Origin: Utricularia gibba
Lineage: Eukaryota > Plantae > Magnoliophyta
Reading direction: 5' to 3'
Length of the DNA: 64,000 nt
NCBI GenBank assembly: GCA_002189035.1
Contig: NEEC01000127.1
Location: 1-64,000, forward strand
This document shows, one piece after another, positions 38,701-51,950 of this stretch. Within the stretch, counting starts at the first letter, position 1; every line of letters starts with the position of its first letter. The notes under the pieces are model-generated. The model saw only the letters and a list, made by a program, of their open reading frames with translations. It did no database searches and had not been told where the DNA came from. The translations under genes were made by a program, and so were the position numbers.

Positions 38701-41700
38701 TGTGAAATATGGGTTTTCGAGGCGATCTTTGCACATGCTTAGGGTGTGTCCCTACCGAAGCCTCATGGTTTCCTCGCACACCGTTCGGCATCTCGTCGAT
38801 ATCCTGAAGACCGTGATGAGTCACGCTGCGCCCGGAATACCGTTTCGAAGCTCGTTCCGAGCCGTCATCTTCCGTTTGAATGCTTCTTCGTCCGAGGATG
38901 CATCAGAGCTCGAATTATCGCCTTATATTAGCCTTCAGATGTGCCACAAAGTGGCCACCACGTTCGCGACGATGCGACTTGGAACACCAAAATCGACGTG
39001 ATTGTAATTTTCGCTTGCAAAACATCTGCGTTTTTTGGGTGATGTGAAATATGGGTTTTCGAGGCGATCTTTGCACATGCTTAGGGTGTGTCCCTACCCG
39101 AAGCCTCATGGTTTCCTCGCACACCGTTCGGCATCTCGTCGATATCCTGAAGACCGTGATGAGTCACGCTGCGCCCGGAATACCGTTTCGAAGCTCGTTC
39201 CGAGCCGGTCATCTTCCGTGTTGAAAGCTTCTTCGTCCGAGGATGCATCAGAGCTCGAATTATCGCCTTCTATTAGCCTTCAGATGTGCCACAAAGTGGC
39301 CACCACGTTCGCGACGATGCGACTTGAACACCAAATCGACGATTGTGATTTTCGGCTTGCAAAACATCTGCGTTTTTGGGTGATGTGAAATATGGGTTTT
39401 CGAGGCGATCTTTGCACATGCTTAGGGTGTGTCCTACCCGAAGCCTCATGGTTTCCTCGCACACCGTTCGGCATCTCGTCGATATCCTGAAGACCGTGAT
39501 GAGTCACGCTGCGCCCGGAATACCGTTTCGAAGCTCGTTCCGAGCCGTCATCTTCCGTGTTGAATGCTTCTTCGTCCGAGGATGCATCAGAGCTCGAATT
39601 ATCGCCTCCTTCAGATGTGCCACAAAGTGGCCACCACGTTCGCGACGATGCGACTTGGAACACAAAATCGACGTGATTGTAATTTTCGGCTTGCAAAACA
39701 TCTGCGTTTTTTCGGGTGATGTGAAATATGGGTTTTCGAGGCGATCTTTGCACATGCTTAGGGTGTGTCCCTACGAAGCCTCATGGTTTCCTCGCACACC
39801 GTTCGGCATCTCGTCGATATCCTGAAGACCGTGATGAGTCACGCTGCGCCCGGAATACCGTTTCGAAGCTCGTTCCGAGCATCTCGTCATATCTCTGATA
39901 GACCGTGATTCTCACGCTGCGCGGCTTGCAAAACATCTGCGCATCACATGAAGAAGCTCATGGTTCCGAGCCGGTATCATCTTCCGTGCAAAGCTTCTTC
40001 GTCCGAGGATGCATCAGAGCTCGAATTATCGCCTTATATTAGCCTTCAGATGTGCCACAAAGTGGCCACCACGTTCGCGACGACGCGACTTGGAACACCA
40101 AAATCGACGTGATTGTAATTTTCGGCTTGCAAAACATCTGCGTTTTTTCGGGTGATGTGAAATATGGGTTTTCGAGGCGATCTTTGCACATGCTTAGGGT
40201 GTGTCCCTACCGAAGCCTCATGGTTTCCTCGCACACCGTTCGGCATCTCGTCGATATCCTGAAGACCGTGATGAGTCACGCTGCGCCCGGAATACCGTTT
40301 CGAAGCTCGTTCCGAGCCGGTCATCTTCCGTGTTGAATGCTTCTTCGTCCGAGGATGCATAGAGCTCGAATTATCGCCTTCGCCTTCAGATGTGCCACAA
40401 AGTGGCCACCACGTTCGCGACGATGCGACTTGGAACACCAAATCGACGTGATTGTAGGCTTGCAAAACATCTGCGTTTTTTCGGGTGATGTGAAATATGG
40501 GTTTTCGAGGCGATCTTTGCACATGCTTAGGGTGTGTCCCTACCGAAGCCTCATGGTTTCCTCGCACACCGTTCGGCATCTCGTCGATATCCTGAAGACC
40601 GTGATGAGTCACGCTGCGCCCGGACCGTTTCGAAGCTCGTTCCGAGCCGGTCATCTTCCGTGTTTAAAGCTTCTTCGTCCGAGGATGCATCAGAGCTCGA
40701 ATTATCGCCTTCTATTAGCCTTCAGATGTGCCACAAAGTGGCCACCACGTTCGCGACGATGCGACTTGGAACACCAAATCGACGCGATTGTATTTTCGGC
40801 TTGCAAAACATCTGCGTTTTTTCGGGTGATGTGAAATATGGGTTTTCGAGGCGATCTTTGCACATGCTTAGGGTGTGTCCCTACCCGAAGCCTCATGGTT
40901 TCCTCGCACACCGTTCGGCATCTCGTCGATATCCTGAAGACCGTGATGAGTCACGCTGCGCCCGGAATACCGTTTCGAAGCTCGTTCCGAGCCGGTCATA
41001 TTCCGTGTTGAAAGCTTCTGCGACTTGGAACACCAAAATCGACGCGAGGATGCGATCAGAACGAATCATATTCGCCTTCGATATTATGATCAGAATGTGC
41101 CAAAAGCTTCTTCGTCCGCCACGCACGCGCGACGATGCGACTTGGAACACCAAAATCGACGTGATTGTAATTTTCGGCTTGCAAAACATCTGCGTTTTTT
41201 CGGGTGATGTGAAATATGGGTTTTCGAGGCGATCTTTGCACATGCTTAGGGTGTGTCCCTACCGAAGCCTCATGGTTTCCTCGCACACCGTTCGGCATCT
41301 CGTCGATATCCTGAAGACCGTGATGAGTCACGCTGCGCCCGGTTTCGAAGCTCGTTCCGAGCCGGTCATCTTCCGAAAGCTTCTTCGTCCGAGGATGCAT
41401 CAGAGCTCGAATTATCGCCTTATTAGCCTTCAGATGTGCCACAAAGTGGCCACCACGTTCGCGACGATGCGACTTGGAACACCAAAATCGACGATCGGCT
41501 TGCAAAACATCTGCGTTTTTTCGGGTGATGTGAAATATGGGTTTTCGAGGCGATCTTTGCACATGCTTAGGGTGTGTCCCTACCGAAGCCTCATGGTTTC
41601 CTCGCACACCGTTCGGCATCTCGTCGATATCCTGAAGACCGTGATGAGTCACGCTGCGCCCGGAATACCGTTTCGAAGCTCGTTCCGAGCCGGTCATCTT

Positions 41701-44700
41701 CCGTGTTGAATGCTTCTTCGTCCGAGGATGCATAAGAGCTCGAATTATCGCCTTATATTAGCCTTCAGATGTGCCACAAAGTGGCCACCACGTTCGCGAC
41801 GATGCGACTTGAACACCAAAATCGACGTGATTGTAATTTTCGGCTTGCAAAACATCTGCGTTTTTTCGGGTGATGTGAAATATGGGTTTTCGAGGCGATC
41901 TTTGCACATGCTTAGGGTGTGTCCCTACCGAAGCCTCATGGTTTCCTCGCACACCGTTCGGCATCTCGTCGATATCCTGAAGACCGTGATGAGTCACGCT
42001 GCGCCCGGATACCGTTTCGAAGCTCGTTCCGAGCCGGTCATCTTCCGTGTTGAAGCTTCTTCGTCCGAGGATGCATCAGAGCTCGAATTATCGCCTTCTA
42101 TTAGCCTTCAGATGTGCCACAAAGTGGCCACCACGTTCGCGACGATGCGACTTGGAACACCAAAATCGACGCGATTGTATTTTCGGCTTGCAAAACATCT
42201 GCGTTTTTTCGGGTGATGTGAAATATGGGTTTTCGAGGCGATCTTTGCACATGCTTAGGGTGTGTCCCTACTCGCGTTTCATGGTGATGTCCGACATCGT
42301 TCCGGCATCTCGTCTTCTTCGAGGCATCCTCGAAGCACCGTGATTACGCTGCGTCGGCTATACCGTCATGAAGCATGGGTTCGGCATCTCGTCGATATCC
42401 TGAAGACCGTGATGAGTCACGCTGCGCCCGGAATACCGTTTCGCAATGCTTCTTCGTCCAGGATGCATCAGAGCTCGAATTATCGCCTTCTATTAGCCTT
42501 CAGATGCGCCACAAAGTGGCCACCACGTTCGCGACGATGCGACTTGGAACACCAAAATCGACTCGGCTTGCAAAACATCTGCGTTTTTTCGGGTGATGTG
42601 AAATATGGGTTTTCGAGGCGATCTTTGCACATGCTTAGGGTGTGTCCCTACCCGAAGCCTCATGGTTTCCTCGCACACCGATCTCGTCGATATCCTGAAG
42701 ACCGTGATGAGTCACGCTGCGCCCGGAATACCGTTTCGAAGCTCGTTCCGAGCCGTCATCTTCCGTGTTGAAGCTTCTTCGTCCGAGGATGCATAAGAGC
42801 TCGAATTATCGCCTTATATTAGCCTTCAGATGTGCCACAAAGTGGCCACCACGTTCGCACGACGCGACTTGGAACACCAAAATCGACGTGATTGTAATTT
42901 TCGGCTTGCAAAACATCTGCGTTTTTCGGGTGATGTGAAATATGGGTTTTCGAGGCGATCTTTGCACATGCTTAGGGTGTGTCCCTACTCGAAGCCTCAT
43001 GGTTTCCTCGCACAAATATCATCAGATGTTTTCACAAAGTGTGCCACTACGTTCGCGATTTTCGCGACGGCGATGGAATTGCACATGCTTAAAATCGACG
43101 CGTCCCTACCGAAGCCTCATGGTTTCCTCGCACACCGTTCGGCATCTCGTCGATATCCTGAAGACCGTGATGAGTCACGCTGCGCCCGGATTTTTCGTTT
43201 CGAAGCTGTGAAATCGAGCCGGGTTCCGTGTTGCGATCTTTTCTTAGGTCCGATACCGAAGCCTCATGGTTTCCTCGCACACCGTTCGGCATCTCGTCGA
43301 TATCCTGAAGACCGTGATGAGTCACGCTGCGCCCGGCATACCGTTAAGCTCTTCAGATGCCGAGCCGGTCCACCACGTTCGCGACGATGCGACTTGGAAC
43401 ACCAATCGACGTGATTGTAATTTTCGGCTTGCAAAACATCTGCGTTTTTTCGGGTGATGTGAAATATGGGTTTTCGAGGCGATCTTTGCACATGCTTAGG
43501 GTGTGTCCCTACATTATCGCCTTCATGGTTTCCTCGTTCAGATGTGCCACATAAGTCGGCCATATCCTGAAGACCGTCGCGACGATGCGACTTGGAACAC
43601 CAAAATCGACGATTGTGATTTTCGGCTTGCAAAACATCTGCGTTTTTCCGGGTGATGTGAAATATGGGTTTCTCGTTCCGAGCCGATCATTTGCACATGA
43701 AAGCTTCTTCGTCCAGGGGATGCATCCGAGCTCCTCAATGGTTTCGCTTCGCACACCGTTCGGCATCTCAGATGTGCCACCGAAATCCTGGACCGTGATG
43801 AGTCACGCTGCGCCCGGATACCGTTTCGAAGCTCGTTCCGAGCCGGTCATCTTCCGTGTTGAAAGCTTCTTCGTCCGAGGATGCATCAGAGCTCGAATTA
43901 TCGCCTTCGTGAGCCTTCAGATGCGCCACAAAGTTTCGGCTTGCAAAACATCTGCGTTTTTTTCGTGATGCGACGAATATGGGACTTTTCGACACATCAA
44001 TTGCACATGTGATTTTCGGCTTGCGTCCCTACCATCTGCGTTTTTTTGGGCTCGCAAATATGGGTTTTCGAGGCGATCTTTGCACATGCTTAGGGTGTGT
44101 CATCCTCGTCGATATCCTGAAGACCGTGATGAGTCACGCTGCGCCATACCGTTTCGAAGCTCGTTCCGAGCCGTCATCTTCCGTGTTGAAAGCATCTCGT
44201 TCGATATCCTGAAGACCGTGATGCTCGACGCGCTGCGCCCGGAATATGTGCCACAAATTGGCTCGTTCCGAGCCGTTCATCTTCCGTGACTTGAATGCTT
44301 CTTCGTCCGAGGATGCATCAAGAATCGCTCGATGATTATGCGATTTTCGGCTTGCAAAACATCTGCGTTTTTTGGGTGATGTGAAATATGGGTTTTCGAG
44401 GCGATCTTTGCACATGCTTAGGTGTGTGCCTCCCTACAAGTGGCCACACACGTTCGCTCGACATGTTCGACATCTCGAACGATATCCTGGCGACGCGATT
44501 GATGATCGGCTTGCAAAACATCTGCGTTTTTGCGGGCCATGGAAATATGGGTTTCTCGAGCGATCTTCCGAGCCGGTCATCTTCCGTGTTGAAAGCTTCT
44601 TCGTCGGATGCATCAGAGCTCGAATTATCGCCTTATATTAGCCTTCAGATGTGCCACAAAGTGGCCACCACGTTCGCGACGATGCGACTTGGAACACAAA

Positions 44701-47700
44701 ATCGACGTGATTGTATTTTCGGCTTGCAAAACATCTGCGTTTTTCGGGTGATGTGAAATATGGGTTTTCGAGGCGATCTTTGCACATGCTTAGGGTGTGT
44801 CCTACCCGAAGCCTCATGGTTTCCTCGCACACCGTTCGGCATCTCGTCGATATCCTGAAGACCGTGATGAGTCACGCTGCGCCCGGAACCGTAAGCTCGT
44901 TTCGTGTTGAAGCTCGTCCGAGGATGCATCAGAGCTCGGTCAGATGTGCTTCGCGACGATGCGACTTGAACAGACTTCTTCGTCTGCGTTTTCGCCTTCG
45001 AGTGATGTGAATGCATATCGACGGTTTTCGAGCGCGATGCGACTTTGCACATGCTTAGGGTGTGTCCCTACCGAAGCCTCATGGTTTCCTCGCACACCGT
45101 TCGGCATCTCGTCGATATCCTGAAGACCGTGATGAGTCACGCTGCGCCCGGAATACCGTTTCGAAGCTCGTTCCGAGCCGGTCATCTTCCGTGTTGAAAG
45201 CTTCTTCGTCCGAGGATGCATCAGAGCTCGAATTATCGCCTTCTATTAGCCTTCAGATGTGCCACAAAGTGGCCACCACGTTCGCGACGATGCGACTTGG
45301 AACACCAAAATCGACGCGATTGTATTTTCGGCTTGCAAAACATCTGCGTTTTTTCGGGTGATGTGAAATATGGGTTTTCGAGGCGATCTTTGCACATGCT
45401 TAGGGTGTGTCCTACCGAAGCCTCATGGTTTCCTCGCACACCGTTCGGCATCTCGTCGATATCCTGAAGACCGTGATGAGTCACGCTGCGCCCGGAATAC
45501 CGTTTCGAAGCTCGTTCCGAGCCGGTCATCTTCCGTGTTGAAAGCTTCTTCGTCCGAGGATGCATCAGCTCGAATTATCGCCTTCTATTAGCCTTCAGAT
45601 GCTGGCCACCACGTTCGCGACGATGCGACTTGGAACACCAAATCGACGCGATTGTGATTTTCGGCTTGCAAAACATCTGCGTTTTTGGGTGATGTGAAAT
45701 ATGGGTTTTCGAGGCGATCTTTGCACATGCTTAGGTGTTCCTACCCGAAGCCTCATGGTTTCCTCGCACACCGTTCGGCATCTCGTCGATATCCTGAAGA
45801 CCGTGATGAGTCACGCTGCGCCCGGAACATCGACCGGTTTCGAAAGCTCTTCGTTCCGAGCCGGTTCATTCTTCCGTGTTGAAAGCTCGTTCTTCGTCTT
45901 CGGATGCATCAGAGCTCGAATTATCGCCTTCCTAATGTAAGCCGTTCCGAGATGCGCCGACATCAGAGTCGAGCCACCTTACGTTTCGCGACGATGCGAC
46001 TTTAACACCAGAAATTCGACATCTGCGATTGTAATTTTGCGGGCTTCGCACAAACATCTGCGTTTTTGGGTGATGTGAAATATGGGTTTTCGAGGCGATC
46101 TTTGCACATGCTTAGGGTGTGTCCCTACCGAAGCCTCATGGTTTCCTCGCACACCGTTCGGCATCTCGTCGATATCCTGAAGACCGTGATGAGTCACGCT
46201 GCGCCCGGAATAGCCGTTCTCCGTGTTTAAGCTTCTTCGTCCGAGGATGCATCAGAGCTCGAATTATCGCCTTCATCCTTCGCGTGTTGAAGCTTGCTCT
46301 CGTCCGAGGATGCATAAGAGCCTCGAATTATCGCATCTCGTGATATCCTGAGCCTTTCAGATACCGTGAAGCTCGTTCCGAGCATCAAGCTCGGCCAGAG
46401 CCACGTTCGCGACGATGCGACTTGGAACACCAAAATCGACGTGATTGTAATCTTTCGGCTCTGCACAAACCTGATCATGCGTTTTCGTCGGAGTGATGTC
46501 CGAATATAAGCTCGGAGCCTTCTTCCGAGGCGATCATTTGCACATGCGTTAGTGTTGTCGAGGCGATCCCATACCGAAGCCTCATGGTTTCCTCGCACAC
46601 CGTTCGGCATCTCGTCGATATCCTGAAGACCGTGATGAGTCACGCTGCGCCCGGAATACCGTTTCGAAGCTCGTTCCGAGCCGTCATCTTCCGTGTTGAA
46701 TGCTTCTTCGTCCGAGGATGCATCAAGCTTAGCCTCCGAATTATCGCCTCGTGATATTAAGCCGTGATCAGATGTGCTCACAAAGTTCTTCGTCCGCCAG
46801 CTCGACGTTCGCGACCGTTTCGATGCGACTTGGAACACCAAAATCGACGTGATTGTAATTTTCGGCTTGCAAAACATCTGCGTTTTTTCGGGTGATGTGA
46901 AATATGGGTTTTCGAGGCGATCTTTGCACATGCTTAGGTGTGTCCCTAAGCCGACAGCCATCGCGATGGACTTTCACGCTCGCAATACACTCGTTCGGCA
47001 TCTTCGTCGATCATCCTCGAAGATCCGTGATGAGTTCACGCTGCGCCCGGAATACCGTTTCGAAGCTCGTTCCGAGCCGGTCATCTTCCGTGTTTCCGAA
47101 AAAGCTTCTTCGTCCGAGGATGCATCAGAGCTCGAATTATCGCCTTTATTAGCCTTCAGCGCTTCGCGAGATGTGCACACGAAAGTGTGCTTCAGGCATC
47201 ACGTTATCGCGACGATGCGACTTGGAACACCAAAATCGACGCGATGTGTAATTTTCGGCTTGCACAAACATCTGCGTTTTTTTCGGGTGATGTGAAATAT
47301 GGGTTTTCGAGGCGATCTTTGCACATGCTTAGGGTGTGTCCCTACCGAAGCCTCATGGTTTCCTCGCACACCGTTCGGCATCTCGTCGATATCCTGAAGA
47401 CCGTGATGAGTCACGCTGCGCCCGGATACCGTTTCGAAGCTCGTTCCGAGCCGGTCATCTTCCGTGTTGAAAGCTTCTTCGTCCGAGATGCATCAGAGCT
47501 CGAATTATCGCCTTATATTAGCCTTCAGATGTGCCACAAAGTGGCCACCACGTTCGCGACGATGCGACTTGGAACACCAAATCGACGTTGTAATTTTCGG
47601 CTTGCAAAACATCTGCGTTTTTTCGGGTGATGTGAAATATGGGTTTTCGAGGCGATCTTTGCACATGCTTAGGGTGTGTCCCTACCGAAGCCTCATGGTT

Positions 47701-50700
47701 TCCTCGCACACCGTTCGGCATCTCGTCGATATCCTGAAGACCGTGATGAGTCACGCTGCGCCCGGATACCGTTTCGAAGCTCGTTCCGAGCCGGTCATCT
47801 TCCGTGTTGAAAGCTTCTTCGTCCGAGGATGCATCAGAGCTCGAATTATCGCCTTATTAGCCTTCAGATGTGCCACAAAGTGGCCACCACGTTCGCGACG
47901 ATGCGACTTGAACACCAGAATCGACGTGATGTGTGATCTTTCGGCTCTCGTCAAAACCTGATGAGTCACGCTGCGCCCGGATACCGTTTCGAAGCTCGTT
48001 CCGAGCCGGTCATCTTCCGTGTTGAAATTCTTCGTCCGAGATGCATCAGAGCTCGAATTATCGCCTTCTATTAGCCTTCAGATGTTTCGCGACGATGCGA
48101 CTTGGAACACCAAAATCGACGCGATTGTGATTTTCGGCTTGCAAAACATCTGCGTTTTTCGGGTGATGTGAAATATGGGTTTTCGAGGCGATCTTTGCAC
48201 ATGCTTAGGGTGTGTCCCTACCCGAAGCCTCATGGTTTCCTCGCACACCGTTCGGCATCTCGTCGATATCCTGAAGACCGTGATGAGTCACGCTGCGCCC
48301 GGAATACCGTTTCGAAGCTCGTTCCGAGTCATCTTCCGTGTTGAAAGCTTCTTCGTCCGAGGATGCATCAGAGCTCGAATTATCGCCTTCTATTAGCCTT
48401 CAGATGTGCCACAAAGTGGCCACCACGTTCGCGACGATGCGACTTGAACACCAAAATCGACGCGATTGTGATTTTCGGCTTGCAAAACATCTGTTTTTCG
48501 GTGATGTGAAATATGGGTTTTCGAGGCGATCTTTGCACATGCTTAGGGTGTGTCCCTACCGAAGCCTCATGGTTTCCTCGCACACCGTTCGGCATCGGCA
48601 TCTCGTCGATATCCTGAAGACCGTGATGAGTCACGCTGCGCCGGGAATACCGTTTCGAAGCTCGTTCCGAGCCGGTCATCTTCCGTGTTGAACGCTTCTT
48701 CGTCCGAGGATGCATCAGAGCTCGAATTATCGCCTTATATTAGCCTTCAGATGTGCCACAAAGTGGCCACCACGTTCGCGACGATGCGACTTGAACACCA
48801 AAATCGACGCGATTGTGATTTTCGGCTTGCAAAACATCTGCGTTTTTTCGGGTGATGTGAAATATGGGTTTTCGAGGCGATCTTTGCACATGCTTAGGGT
48901 GTGTCCCTACCGAAGCCTCATGGTTTCCTCGCACACCGTTCGGCATCTCGTCGATATCCTGAAGACCGTGATGAGTCACGCTGCGCCCGGAATACCGTTT
49001 GGAAGCTCGTTCCGAGCCGGTCATCTTCCGTGTTTAAAGCTTCTTCGTCCGAGGATGCATCAGAGCTCGAATTATCGCCTTCTATTAGCCTTCAGATGTG
49101 CCACAAAGTGGCCACCACGTTCGCGACGATGCGACTTGGAACACCAAAATCGACGCGATTGTATTTTCGGCTTGCAAAACATCTGCGTTTTTTCGGGTGA
49201 TGTGAAATATGGGTTTTCGAGGCGATCTTTGCACATGCTTAGGGTGTGTCCTACCGAAGCCTCATGGTTTCCTCGCACACCGTTCGGCATCTCGTCGATA
49301 TCCTGAAGACCGTGATGAGTCACGCTGCGCCCGGAATACCGTTTCGAAGCTCGTTCCGAGCCGTCATCTTCCGTGTTGAAAGCTTCTTCGTCCGAGGATG
49401 CATCAGAGCTCGAATTATCGCCTTATTAGCCTTCAGATGTGCCACAAAGTGGCCACCACGTTCGCGACGATGCGACTTGGAACACCAAATCGACGTTGTA
49501 ATTTTCGGCTTGCAAAACATCTGCGTTTTTTCGGGTGATGTGAAATATGGGTTTTCGAGGCGATCTTTGCACATGCTTAGGGTGTGTCCCTACCGAAGCC
49601 TCATGGTTTCCTCGCACACCGTTCGGCATCTCGTCGATATCCTGAAGACCGTGATGAGTCACGCTGCGCCCGGAATACCGTTTCGAAGCTCGTTCCGAGC
49701 CGGTCATCTTCCGTGTTGAATGCTTCTTCGTCCGAGATGCATGAGCATCAGAGATGTGCTCGAATCTATCGCCTTCTACATTAAATCATGCCGATTCAGC
49801 TTATGCGCCTCACAAATCTCGTCGATATATCCTGAAGACCGTGATGAGTCACGCTGCGCCCGGACCGTTCCGTGTTTAAAGCTTCTTCGTCCGGATGCAT
49901 CAGAGCTCGAATTATCGCCTTCTATGCGTTTTTTCGGCGACTTGAACACCAGATACCGTGAAGCTCGTTCCGAGCATCAAGCTCGACGATGCGACTTGGA
50001 ACACCAAAATCGACGTGATTGTAATTTTCGGCTTGCAAAACATCTGCGTTTTTTCGGGTGATGTGAAATATGGGTTTTCGAGGCGATCTTTGCACATGCT
50101 TAGGGTGTGTCCCTACCGAAGCCTCATGGTTTCCTCGCACACCGTTCGGCATCTCGTCGATATCCTGAAGACCGTGATGAGTCACGCTGCGCCCGCATAC
50201 CGTTTCGAAGCTCGTTCCGAGCCGTCATCTTCCGTGTTTAATGTCCGAGGATGCATAGAGCTCGAATTATCGCCTTCTATTAGCCTTCAGATGTGCGGGC
50301 GACTGATGCGTTTTTTCGGTGATGACTCGAAGCCTCATGGTTTCCTCGCAATCTCGTCGATGGGCCCGGAATACCGTTTCGAAGCTCGTTCCGAGCCGGT
50401 CATCTCGTGTTTAATGCTTCTTCGTCCGAGAATTATCGCCTTCAGATGGCCACCACGTTCTTTGCACATGCTTCTTCCGTGTTGAAAGCTTCTTCGTCCG
50501 AGGGTGTGTCGACTTGCACCGAAGCCATCTCGTCGATATCCTGAAGACCGTCATGGAGCCGTTTCGCCTTATATTAGCTGTGCCACAAAGTGGCCACCAC
50601 GTTCGCGACGATGCGACTTGGAACACCAAAATCGACGTGATTGTAATTTTCGGCTTGCAAAACATCTGCGTTTTTCGGGTGATGTGAAATATGGGTTTTC

Positions 50701-51950
50701 GGCGTCGATCTCGTTCTTCGTCCGAGGATGCATAAGAGCTCGAATTATCGATATGCGACTTGGAACACCAAAATCCTGAAGTTTTTTCGGTGATGTGAAA
50801 TATGGGTTTTCGACTTTGCGTGATGAGTCACGCTGCGCCCGGAATACCGTTTCGAAGCTCGTTCCGAGCCGTCATCTTCCGTGTTGAAAGCTTCTTCGTC
50901 CAGGATGCATCAGAGCTCGAATTATCGCCTTCTATTAGCCTTCAGATGCGCCACAAAGTGGCCACCACGTTCGCGACGATGCGACTTGAACACCAAATCG
51001 ACACGATTGTGATTTTCGGCTTGCAAAACATCTGCGTTTTTTGGGTGATGTGAAATATGGGTTTTCGAGGCGATCTTTGCACATGCTTAGGGTGTGTCCC
51101 TACCCGAAGCCTCATGGTTTCCTCGCACACCGTCGGCATCTCGTCGATATCCTGAAGACCGTGATGAGTCACGCTGCGCCCGCATACCGTTTCGAAGCTC
51201 GTTCCGAGCCGGTCATCTTCCGTGTTGAATGCTTCTTCGTCCGAGAATGCATCAGAGCTCGAATTATCGCCTTATATTAGCCTTCAGATGTGCCACAAAG
51301 TGGCCACCACGTTCGCGACGATGCGACTTGGAACACCAAAATCGACGTGATTGTAATTTTCGGCTTGCAAAACATCTGCGTTTTTTCGGTGATGTGAAAT
51401 ATGGGTTTTCGAGGCGATCTTTGCACATGCTTAGGGTGTGTCCCTACCGAAGCCTCATGGTTTCCTCGCACACCGTTCGGCATCTCGTCGATATCCTGAA
51501 GACCGTGATGAGTCACGCTGCGCCCGGAATACCGTTTCGAAGCTCGTTCCGAGCCGGTCATCTTCCGTGTTGAAAGCTTCTTCGTCCGAGATGCATCAGA
51601 GCTCGAATTATCGCCTTATATTAGCCTTCAGATGTGCCACAAAGTGGCCACCACGTTCGCGACGATGCGACTTGGAACACAGAATCGACGCGATTGTATT
51701 TTCGGCTTGCAAAACATCTGCGTTTTTTTGGGTGATGTGAAATATGGTTTTCGAGGCGATCTTTGCACATGCTTAGGGTGTGTCCCTACCGAAGCCTCAT
51801 GGTTTCCTCGCACACCGTTCGGCATCTCGTCGATATCCTGAAGACCGTGATGAGTCACGCTGCGCCCGGATACCGTTTCGAAGCTCGTTCCGAGCCGGTC
51901 ATCTTCCGTGTTGAAAGCTTCTTCGTCCGGATGCATCAGAGCTCGAATTA
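17734..51950. repeat. Sub-array / layer II, core (~100 monomers)
   Basis: Mostly GATGTGCCAC and CTTGGAAC, with frequent GACGTGATTGTAATT. TTGAATGC, CATAAG, CTTATATT and CGGAT alleles are essentially restricted to this layer. CGGCAT and CCAGAATC are nearly absent. Confidence 0.82.
33230..50830. other. Zone with many scrambled patches made of out-of-phase monomer fragments (probable consensus/assembly artefact)
   Basis: Patches at about 33240, 33765, 35800, 39880, 41020, 42270, 43015-44570, 44885-45050, 45825-47210, 47930, 49740-49990 and 50290-50830. The patches I parsed are + strand monomer pieces spliced or interleaved, with intact monomers between them. Confidence 0.8.

Noticed and set aside
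17734-51950. Fungal RIP signature (GTGATT to GTAATT)
   Set aside because: Only one TpG-to-TpA site is involved, and the many other CpA/TpG sites are untouched.
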